A stretch of 64,000 nucleotides of DNA, from NCBI GenBank assembly GCA_964449375.1, contig CAYVAS010000008.1:2172-66171 (forward strand). Reading direction: 5' to 3'. How positions within the stretch are numbered: position 1 is the first letter of the stretch; each line of letters begins with the position of its first letter. Shown here in pieces: positions 28,340 to 35,796 of the stretch. Origin of the DNA: an uncultured Iamiaceae bacterium (GTDB lineage Bacteria; Actinomycetota; Acidimicrobiia; Acidimicrobiales; Iamiaceae). The position numbers and the translations under genes were made by a program. A model generated the notes under the pieces. The model was given only the letters and a program-made list of their open reading frames with translations. It was not told the origin of the DNA and ran no database searches.

Positions 28340-29953
28340 TCAGACGCGCGGATCCCGGCGGGTCACGAGCCCGCCTCCGGACAGGAAATGGCCGGTCAGG
28401 GTGCGGTCCAGATGCTCGACTCGCCAGCGCAGCATCCGCTCGAACAACTCGGCGAGCACGGTCGAACAGTCGGAGTCCGCGGCCCGGTTCGTGATCTGGC
28501 CCGGGTCGGCCCGCAGGTCGAACAGCAGCGGTGGCAGGATCTCGGGCGGGGCACCGAAGTGCACCAGCTTCCAGTCGGGAGTGCGCAGCACCCCGACGCA
28601 GCACTGTTCCATGGTCAGACCGAACACGTCCTCGGCCAGATGCCCCACGGGATCGCGGAAATCCCACTCCCAGTGGGCGTCGCGCCGCCACGGCGTGGGG
28701 GTGTGCGGATCGGTGCCGTGCAGGAACGGCTGCAGGGCCCGCCCGTCACACTGCAGGGGCACCTCCAGGCCCATCCAGGCGCACAGGGTGGGCAGCACGT
28801 CGACGTGTTCGGTGACCTCGTCGACCACACGGCCACGGGTGGCGTCGGCCTCGGAGCGGGGGTCCACCACGATCATCGGCACGTGGTAGCTCTCGTCGTA
28901 CCAGGCCAGCTTCTGGACCAGCCAGTGATCGCCGCCCTGTTCGCCGTGGTCCGAGGTCAACACGACCAGGGTGTCCTCCAACAGACCCTGGACCCCCATC
29001 CAGTCGAACAGCTCGCCGAGTCGGTCGTCGACCTCGGCCATCGCGCCCCAGTAGGTGGCCCGGAGCTGACGACGGTCACGCTCGTCGGTCGGACATCCCA
29101 CGCCCGGCAGCGAGATCGCCGCGCCGGCCAGGGGGTGCAGCGCCATCTCGTCGTCGCGGTCCGCACACCCGGCGAAGTCACCGCCCTCGTCGGCGTCGTA
29201 GACGTCGTGGTACCCCTCGGGGTTGCGGTAGGGCGGGTGGGGGCGGATGAAGCTCAGGTGCGCGAACCAGGGGCCATCGGCAGCGCCGTGGTCGAGCCAG
29301 TCCCGGAAGGCCTCGACGACCATGACGGTCTCGGAGTGCTCCGCGGCAAACCGCGTGGGCGCCCAGGTCTCGCCGTGGTCCTCCGCGCCCGGGTAGCGGT
29401 CACGGGGCAGGTAGAGGTCCTGGGGGTTGGCGGGCACGTCGACGCCGCGGGCCGCCAACCACTTGGCCCAGGCGGGCGACCCGGCCGAATCGGGGTTGAA
29501 CAGCACCGCGTCGAAGCCGGGCAGCACCTCTTCGTAGGTGGTCAGGCGCGGGTCGTCCGGCGGCAGGGTGCGGGGATCCAGCGAGGTGTCGGTGTAGCCG
29601 AACAGCGCCGGGTTCTCGTATCCGGCGAGTCGTGCCTGCCGGGCGGTGTTGGTGAAGCGATCGTCCAGCGGCGTGCCGTTGAGGACCGACCGGTGGTTCT
29701 GGGCGTACATGCCGGTGTGGAGCGTGGCGCGGCTCGGACCGCAGGGGGCGATGTTGGCCCAGTGGTTGGCGAAGCGAACCCCCCGCGCCGCCAGTCGATC
29801 CAGGTTCGGGGTCCGTACGACCGGATGGCCCGCCGCCGACAGGCAGTCGCCCCGCCACTGGTCCACCGTGATGAACAGCACGTTGCCCCGCGGGGCGGCG
29901 TCGCGGCCCGCGGGCACGCTGCCTGTGGGCACGCCACCGCCGGTTGTGCTCAT
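28340..29953 (-). CDS. Sulfatase family hydrolase (formylglycine-type)
   Basis: NVLFITVDQWRGD and APCGPSRATLHTGMY (CxPxR). ATG 29953 is preceded by GGAAGGA. Confidence 0.85.
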   Translation of the reverse strand: MSTTGGGVPTGSVPAGRDAAPRGNVLFITVDQWRGDCLSAAGHPVVRTPNLDRLAARGVRFANHWANIAPCGPSRATLHTGMYAQNHRSVLNGTPLDDRFTNTARQARLAGYENPALFGYTDTSLDPRTLPPDDPRLTTYEEVLPGFDAVLFNPDSAGSPAWAKWLAARGVDVPANPQDLYLPRDRYPGAEDHGETWAPTRFAAEHSETVMVVEAFRDWLDHGAADGPWFAHLSFIRPHPPYRNPEGYHDVYDADEGGDFAGCADRDDEMALHPLAGAAISLPGVGCPTDERDRRQLRATYWGAMAEVDDRLGELFDWMGVQGLLEDTLVVLTSDHGEQGGDHWLVQKLAWYDESYHVPMIVVDPRSEADATRGRVVDEVTEHVDVLPTLCAWMGLEVPLQCDGRALQPFLHGTDPHTPTPWRRDAHWEWDFRDPVGHLAEDVFGLTMEQCCVGVLRTPDWKLVHFGAPPEILPPLLFDLRADPGQITNRAADSDCSTVLAELFERMLRWRVEHLDRTLTGHFLSGGGLVTRRDPRV

Positions 29954-30026
29954 GGTCGCCCATCCTTCCACCTGCGCGGTCGGGAGTCGCAGAATCCCTG
30001 TGCGGTACCGTTCACTCAACAGGTCG

Positions 30027-30103
30027 GCCCTGGTAGCTCAGATGGATAGAGCAACCGCCTCCTAAGCGGTAGGTCGCCGGTTCGAATCCGGCCCAGGGCA
30101 CCA
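30027..30103 (+). tRNA. tRNA-Arg (anticodon CCT), CCA encoded
   Basis: Hand-folded cloverleaf. Acceptor is GCCCTGG/CCAGGGC. D-arm is GCTC..GAGC. Anticodon stem ACCGC/GCGGT carries loop CTCCTAA. T-arm is GCCGG-TTCGAAT-CCGGC. Discriminator A is followed by CCA. Confidence 0.93.
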
Positions 30104-30160
30104 GCGGCGCGCCGGGACCAGTCGGCCGGGACGTCCACCGCGGGTTGCTACCGTTCGCTC

Positions 30161-31675
30161 ATGCGTCTGCGGACGGGACTTGTCGTGGCGGTCATGGCCG
30201 CGCTGTCGATCGGTCCCATCGCGCCGGTGGGCGCCGACACCGAGGATCCCGCGTCCCGACACGTCGTCCTGATCGGCTTCGACGGGTTCGACCCCGACTA
30301 TCTGGGCCGTGCTCCCACCCCGAACATCGACGCCCTGGCAGCCCGGGGCGCGATCGGCACGACCCGTTCGGTCATGCTGCCGATCACCAACCCATCGTTC
30401 ACCGCGATCGTGACCGGGGCCTGGCCCGACCGCAACGACAACCTGGCCTACTGGTGGGATCGAACGACCAACAGCTACCAGGGCCAGTCCCGCCGCTCAC
30501 CCCTGCCCAGCATCGCCGACGCGGTCGTTGCCGCCGGGGGCACCGTGGGCGCGGCGCAGTACTTCATCCTGCAAGGCAATGGCACCGACTACGGCGTCCC
30601 TGGCGCGCTCTACACCCAGCCCGGTGGACCCTGCAGCCGCCGCTTCGACGACGCCATCGCAATGCTCACCGGGCAGCCCGTCGAGTCCGGCGGCTCGCTG
30701 GTCACCGTGCCCCAGATCCCCACGCTCTTGTCGGTGTACTGCGACGACCTGGACGCGATCGGGCACGCCGATGGGGCCGAAAGCGACCTGATCCCCGCGG
30801 CGCTGGTCGAGCTCGACGCGCAGGTCGGCCGCTTGCTCACCGCCCTCGAGGACGTGGGTATCGCCGAGTCGACCACGGTGGTGCTCAGCGGCGACCACGG
30901 CATGACCTCCTACGACCGGTCATTCGCACTGCCCCTGGACGCCGCTCTCAAGGCCGCCGGGTACCATCCCCAGTGGCTGTTCCTGAACGGCCAGGCGGTG
31001 GACCCCGGCAGCGACGTGGTGATCACTTCGACCGGTCGCAGCCTGTCGATCTACCTGGCCGGATCCCTGGAGGGCGATGCCGCCGCGTTGGCCGACATCG
31101 CAGCCATCGCCGCGGGAGTCGAGGGCACCGGGTCGATCCTGGACCGGTCCCACTTCGCGGCGTTTCACCTGCATCCGGCCTATGGCGACCTGATCGTCGA
31201 ATCGGCTCCGGGCTGGGGCGCGTCGATCCTGCCTCCGGCCTCGACGCGAGGCGACCACGGCTCCAGTGCCGAACTCGACGCCGTGATCGTGATCGCCGGC
31301 GCCGGGATCGCCGCCACCGCCGAGCCGATCGCGGTGCGCCACATCGACATCGCGCCCACGATCGCCGAGCTGCTGGGGCTTGCACCGATGCCCGATGCCG
31401 ACGGTCGGGTGCTCCACGAGCTGTTCGTGAGCGCCCCGCCGGTGACGTCGTCCACCACGACCCCCTCGTCCACGACCTCGACCGCCACGACGTCATCGCC
31501 GTCCACCGCGCCCGCCACGACGAACGTGCCGTCCACGACCCCGTCGCCGCCCTCGGTCGGCACGCCGACCTCGACCGACGCGGCCCACCGGGTCTCGGCC
31601 GGGGCCAGCGGCCGCGGCCGATCCAGCGCCCCGGTCGCCCGAGCGGTCGGAGTGACGCCCACCTACGTCGGTTGA
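30161..31675 (+). CDS. Secreted nucleotide pyrophosphatase/phosphodiesterase (NPP, alkaline-phosphatase superfamily) with a Ser/Thr/Pro-rich C-terminal tail
   Basis: Signal peptide MRLRTGLVVAVMAALSIGPIAPVGA. Motifs GFDGFDPDYL, the Thr-nucleophile motif PITNPSFTAIVTGAWP, DLDAIGHADG and SGDHGM. Confidence 0.82.
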   Translation: MRLRTGLVVAVMAALSIGPIAPVGADTEDPASRHVVLIGFDGFDPDYLGRAPTPNIDALAARGAIGTTRSVMLPITNPSFTAIVTGAWPDRNDNLAYWWDRTTNSYQGQSRRSPLPSIADAVVAAGGTVGAAQYFILQGNGTDYGVPGALYTQPGGPCSRRFDDAIAMLTGQPVESGGSLVTVPQIPTLLSVYCDDLDAIGHADGAESDLIPAALVELDAQVGRLLTALEDVGIAESTTVVLSGDHGMTSYDRSFALPLDAALKAAGYHPQWLFLNGQAVDPGSDVVITSTGRSLSIYLAGSLEGDAAALADIAAIAAGVEGTGSILDRSHFAAFHLHPAYGDLIVESAPGWGASILPPASTRGDHGSSAELDAVIVIAGAGIAATAEPIAVRHIDIAPTIAELLGLAPMPDADGRVLHELFVSAPPVTSSTTTPSSTTSTATTSSPSTAPATTNVPSTTPSPPSVGTPTSTDAAHRVSAGASGRGRSSAPVARAVGVTPTYVG

Positions 31676-31732
31676 ACCGACCGCCAGCCTGACCGGTGGC
31701 GGACTGCACACCGGAAGTGCCGTCGCGGACGT

Positions 31733-31761
31733 TTGGAAAACTTTTCAAATCCCGACATACT
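31733..31761 (+). promoter_or_regulatory. Candidate sigma-70-type promoter upstream of the peroxiredoxin gene, in an unusually AT-rich patch
   Basis: TTGGAA (31733-31738), a 17-nt spacer, then CATACT (31756-31761). It overlaps the palindrome GAAAAcTTTTC (31736-31746) and the hairpin CCCGAC-ATACTGA-GTCGGG (31751-31769). Confidence 0.25.
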
Positions 31762-31883
31762 GAGTCGGGTATTCGTCGCACCGGTTGCCGCCGGAGGCGA
31801 ACACCGAGGCCGTTTCAAGCCGCGACGCAAGTCTGCGGTCGGTCCGCACCCGCAACCCGCACACCGAGAGTACGAGGCACAAC

Positions 31884-32513
31884 ATGGCAATCCGACTGGG
31901 CGACACCGTTCCCAACTTCTCTGCAGACACCACCGAGGGACCCATCGACTTCTACGACTGGAAGGGTGACAGCTGGGTCCTGCTGTTCAGCCACCCCAAG
32001 GACTTCACGCCGGTGTGCACCACCGAACTGGGCGCCGTCGCCGGGCTCAAGCCCGAGTTCGACAAGCGGGGCGTCAAGATCATCGGGGTCTCGGTCGACC
32101 CGCTCGACAGCCACAAGGGCTGGGCCGGCGACATCGAGGACGTGACCGGCAACAAGGTCACCTACCCGCTGATCGCCGACCCGGACCGCAAGGTCGCCGA
32201 CGCCTTCGGCATGATCCACCCGAACGCCCTGGACACGCTCACGGTCCGCACCGTGTTCGTGATCGCGCCGGACAACACCGTCAAGTTGACCCTGACCTAC
32301 CCGGCCTCCACCGGCCGCAACTGGCAGGAGATCCTCCGGGCGATCGACTCGATCCAGCTCACCGCGAACCACTCGGTGTCCACGCCGTCGGACTGGAAGC
32401 AGGGCGACGACGTCATCGCCGCGCCGACCTTCAGCGACGAGGAGGCCGAAGCCAAGTTCGGTCCGATCGACAAGAAGAAGGACTACCTGCGCTTCGTCAA
32501 GCAGCCGGGCTGA
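31884..32513 (+). CDS. 1-Cys peroxiredoxin (Prx6-like, AhpC/TSA family)
   Basis: ATG 31884 gives MAIRLGDTVPNFSADTTEGPIDFYDW..WVLLFSHPKDFTPVCTTELG. Confidence 0.9.
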   Translation: MAIRLGDTVPNFSADTTEGPIDFYDWKGDSWVLLFSHPKDFTPVCTTELGAVAGLKPEFDKRGVKIIGVSVDPLDSHKGWAGDIEDVTGNKVTYPLIADPDRKVADAFGMIHPNALDTLTVRTVFVIAPDNTVKLTLTYPASTGRNWQEILRAIDSIQLTANHSVSTPSDWKQGDDVIAAPTFSDEEAEAKFGPIDKKKDYLRFVKQPG

Positions 32514-32565
32514 CGATCAGGTTCCGCCGATCGGCGGGATCTGCCGCCACGGCTCGATCACCGAA

Positions 32566-32598
32566 GAAGGGGTCGGACCCGAACGGTCCGGCCCCTTC
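32566..32598 (+). terminator. Hairpin downstream of the peroxiredoxin gene
   Basis: GAAGGGG-tc-GGACC / loop CGAAC / GGTCC-gg-CCCCTTC, with a 2x2 internal mismatch and no U-tract. Confidence 0.35.
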
Positions 32599-32612
32599 GC
32601 CGCGTCTCACCA

Positions 32613-32661
32613 CAACTTCGGGAGGTTGCTTCGCCATGGGCAACACAACCTCCCGAAGTTG
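32613..32661. repeat. Perfect 16-bp inverted repeat with a 17-nt spacer
   Basis: CAACTTCGGGAGGTTG (32613-32628) and its exact reverse complement CAACCTCCCGAAGTTG (32646-32661). The spacer contains CCATGG. Confidence 0.9.
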
Positions 32662-32696
32662 CACTGAGGGGGGTCGGGTGGGTTGGCCGGGGCGGG

Positions 32697-33155
32697 CTAC
32701 TCGACGACGAGTTCGCCGGTCATGCTCGAGTGGATGTCACAGATGAAGGCGTACGTGCCCGGCTCCAGGTCGACCAACGTGAGCGTCTGCACGTCCGGGC
32801 CGGACTTCAGCTCGGTGCGGGCCTCACCTGTGGAGGACTTGACGTCCTTGAAGTGGATGTTGTGCTGCACACCCTCTTCCTGGTTGTCGTAGGTCACCTG
32901 CAGACGGTCCCCCGAGGTGGTGATGCACTCGGGGTCGTAGTCGAAGCTCGTGGTGACGATCTCGATCGCGTCGTTCTCGACCTGGACACACCCCGCCTCG
33001 CCCCCGCCGTCGCCTTCGCCGGACCCGTTGCCCGTGGCGTCGGTGGCCTCGGTCGTGTCGCCGTCGTCCGACGAGATCGAGTCACCCCCGCCACCGCAGC
33101 CGACGCCGACGGCCATCACGACCAGCACGGCGATCACGGCACTCAACAGACGCAT
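32697..33155 (-). CDS. Cupredoxin (amicyanin/plastocyanin-like blue copper) lipoprotein
   Basis: MRLLSAVIAVLVVMAVGVGC is a lipobox signal peptide. The copper ligands are HNIHF...FICDIHSSM (H...C-x2-H-x2-M). The track ORF extends to GTG 33236, which remains a possible alternative start. Confidence 0.8.
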   Translation of the reverse strand: MRLLSAVIAVLVVMAVGVGCGGGGDSISSDDGDTTEATDATGNGSGEGDGGGEAGCVQVENDAIEIVTTSFDYDPECITTSGDRLQVTYDNQEEGVQHNIHFKDVKSSTGEARTELKSGPDVQTLTLVDLEPGTYAFICDIHSSMTGELVVE

Positions 33156-33337
33156 CGGGCGGGGTCGACGGCGCGGCAGGGCCGCGGGGTCGACGGAAAG
33201 GTCGGGGTCGTTCGTCACGGGGCCCACGGTAGCCACGACGACGCCCGAATCCGCAGGAACCCCGATTTCGATGTGACCGACGTCACCGACATGGGCGCCC
33301 GGGGCAACCGCGGAAACGGCCTCCTAGACTGTGGTGC

Positions 33338-34009
33338 GTGACCATCTACCAGGCACCCGAATACCATCCGGCGTTCGAGGAGTACTGCGAGACGATCTGG
33401 GAACTGAACGAGGACGATGTCGAGGTCATCCAGGCCCGCATCGCCGAGCGGCTCGAGGTGTCGCGACCCGCGGTGTCCGAGATGGTCAACCGCCTCACCC
33501 AGCACGGACTGGCGACCGTGGACCAGGGGCGTATCCACCTCACCGACGACGGCCTGAAGCTCGCCGAACAGGTCGTCCGGCGCCACCGCCTGGCCGAACG
33601 GTTCCTGACCGACATGCTCGGGCTGTCCTGGGCCGAGGCGCACCGTGAGGCCGGCAAGTGGGAGCACGTGATCTCCGACTCGGTGGAGGCCGCGCTGTCG
33701 CGGGTGCTGGGCAACCCCACGACCTGCCCGCACGGCAACCCCATTCCCGGCACCGGCTACGTGGCGCCCGAGGCACGCCCGCTGTCCGAGGTCGCCGTCG
33801 ACGAGCGGTTCGTGGTCTCCCGGATTCCCGAGGAGCTCGAGTTCGCCCCGGGCATCCTGGACTTTCTCGAAGACTCCGAGCTGCTCCCCGGCCGCACCGG
33901 CACGCTCACGGTGATCTCCCCCGACGGCACCTTGACCATCGAGGTCGACGGGCGCCACATCGGGGTGAGCAGCTTCATGGCCGAACGGATCCTGGTCACC
34001 CGACCCTGA
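33338..34009 (+). CDS. DtxR/IdeR/MntR family metal-dependent transcriptional repressor with a C-terminal FeoA/SH3-like domain
   Basis: IAERLEVSRPAVSEMVNRL is the HTH. Also RRHRLAERFL and GKWEHVISDSVEAAL...CPHGNPIP. Confidence 0.88.
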   Translation: MTIYQAPEYHPAFEEYCETIWELNEDDVEVIQARIAERLEVSRPAVSEMVNRLTQHGLATVDQGRIHLTDDGLKLAEQVVRRHRLAERFLTDMLGLSWAEAHREAGKWEHVISDSVEAALSRVLGNPTTCPHGNPIPGTGYVAPEARPLSEVAVDERFVVSRIPEELEFAPGILDFLEDSELLPGRTGTLTVISPDGTLTIEVDGRHIGVSSFMAERILVTRP

Positions 34010-34074
34010 CCCTTCGGGTCATCGACCGTCCGGCGGAATCTTCCGAGGAGGTCCGAGCCCATCTGCGAAGATCC

Positions 34075-35796
34075 TCACGGGGTCGAGGCCGTGGCCTCCG
34101 CGGCCCTCGGACGGCGCCAGATCTCCATGTAGCGGATTCCCCGCACCTCCTCCACGGCCACGAGTTCGCGCCCCGCCGTCCGACCCCGGTACTCCTCGGG
34201 ATCGAGAAGTTGTCGGCTGACGATCCCGACCGCCATGTAGTCGGCGCTCTCATCGTCGACCGCCACCCGCCAGCCGCACGGGGTCCACAGAACCAGCCCG
34301 GCCCGGTAGCCCGTGGAGGTCACGTCGAGGCAATCGCCGCCCCCGGCCTCCACGTCGGCACGGATCAGCGCCAGCGCCGTATTGGACTCCTCGTACCACC
34401 CGACCGGGATCCGCGACTGGGCGGCCGAACCTCCACCGAGGACCGGATTGAAGTAGAGCAGCCCCCACGGCGCCACCGACGCGGCGAAGAAGACCCCGGC
34501 GAACCCCGCGGCGAGCCAGGCGGGTCGCTCGAAGCGGAACCAGGGGCGGCGGCCCAGGTGTCCGGCCGGCACCTGAGCGGACCGGGGCTGCAACGCCAGG
34601 CAGCCAGCCAGTAACAACGGCGCGAGGATCATCAGCCCGTAGCGGTCGTACTTTGCATCGGCGATCGTCAACAGCACCGTCGCCGGCACCACGGACACGA
34701 CCATCACCAGCGCCCGCCACCGCGTCGCGCCTCGCACCAGCGCCACGGGGATGCCCACCACCAGCACCGCGAGGGCCCACGGGGTGGTGCGCCAGGGCAG
34801 CGTCCATGCGTAGAACGACGCGGGCGGGGGCTGGACGATCTCGCCCATGAAGAACGTCCGTCTGGGCAGGCCGCCCAGGCGGGCCGATCTGAACAGCTGG
34901 TTCCACTGTTCCACCGGATCGACCACCACCGCGGGATACAGCACCGCGACCGTGACCAGGCCGGCGACCACGCCGATGCCCAGGGGTGCCAGCAACGGCC
35001 GGCATGCCTGCCACCACGGCACCGTGCGGTCACGGACCCGGACAAGTCCGACGGCTGCCCAGGCCACGATCAGTCCCGCGGTCACACCCCACACCAGACC
35101 CGAGAGCTTGGTCAGCGCAGCGCACGCCAGCAGCACCCCGGCCGCAACGGTCCATCCGATCGGGATCCGCTCCGCTTCCCGCGGCGACGGATCCGTTCCG
35201 CCGGGCCGGGGAACCCCGAGCGCGATCGCCAAGGCCAACAGCCCGCCGATGCCGAACAGGGCCAGCAGCTCGTCGGTGTGCAGCACCGCTCCGTGAGCGA
35301 CCCAGAACGGTTCGGTCGCCAGCAGCAGACCGAAGGCGATACCAACCCGCCAGGATGCCCAACGAGCTGCGAACCAGGACGTCAGGCCGACCAGAGCCGC
35401 CGTCGCAACGGCCATGGTCCCTTGTGCCACCGCCACGCCCTGGGTGGACCAGACGAAGGACGTCCCGTCGGGCACCAACCCCAAGATCCCGCCCAGCGCG
35501 AACAGACCCTTGGCCAGCGTGCCCACCCACATGGTCGTGATCCCGGGCATCGTGGCGGCCTTGTCGTCGATCACCGTCATGGACGCCGGATCCCCTCCGG
35601 TCAGGGCGGCGGCGAAGAGTTCGCTTCGCACCAACCAGCCGGGCTCGTCGATGGTCTCGAAGTTCCCCGCGGTCACCAACCGGGGCACCGCGGCCGCCAC
35701 GCCCACCAGGACGAAGGGGACCCACCGCTTCCAGGCCCGGAGTCCTCGCTTCCGGCCCGTCGTCTCGCCGCCCTCCCCGTCGGCGAGTTCGCTCAC
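34075..35796 (-). CDS. GT-C fold membrane glycosyltransferase (ArnT/PMT, GT39/GT83-like)
   Basis: 3' part of ORF 34075..36744. GTG 35796 overlaps the helicase stop (GTGA). The protein has at least 10 hydrophobic helices, a first-loop acidic motif FETIDEPGW, a TKLSG motif, and a C-terminal soluble domain. Confidence 0.6.
   Translation of the reverse strand: MSELADGEGGETTGRKRGLRAWKRWVPFVLVGVAAAVPRLVTAGNFETIDEPGWLVRSELFAAALTGGDPASMTVIDDKAATMPGITTMWVGTLAKGLFALGGILGLVPDGTSFVWSTQGVAVAQGTMAVATAALVGLTSWFAARWASWRVGIAFGLLLATEPFWVAHGAVLHTDELLALFGIGGLLALAIALGVPRPGGTDPSPREAERIPIGWTVAAGVLLACAALTKLSGLVWGVTAGLIVAWAAVGLVRVRDRTVPWWQACRPLLAPLGIGVVAGLVTVAVLYPAVVVDPVEQWNQLFRSARLGGLPRRTFFMGEIVQPPPASFYAWTLPWRTTPWALAVLVVGIPVALVRGATRWRALVMVVSVVPATVLLTIADAKYDRYGLMILAPLLLAGCLALQPRSAQVPAGHLGRRPWFRFERPAWLAAGFAGVFFAASVAPWGLLYFNPVLGGGSAAQSRIPVGWYEESNTALALIRADVEAGGGDCLDVTSTGYRAGLVLWTPCGWRVAVDDESADYMAVGIVSRQLLDPEEYRGRTAGRELVAVEEVRGIRYMEIWRRPRAAEATASTP

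Noticed and set aside
30027-30103. tRNA-Arg as the attachment site of an integrative island (the same question applies to tRNA-Ala at 9145-9221)
   Set aside because: There is no integrase or recombinase gene in the window. I noticed no direct repeat of the tRNA 3' end in the flanking 10 kb. By eye, the neighbouring genes have host-like GC.
33237-33337. An IdeR/DtxR iron box or MntR operator in the divergent gap between the cupredoxin and DtxR-family genes
   Set aside because: I found no match to the TTAGGTTAGGCTAACCTAA-type box. The only symmetry is a weak GTGAC-n4-GTCAC (33273-33286), which is too short to call.
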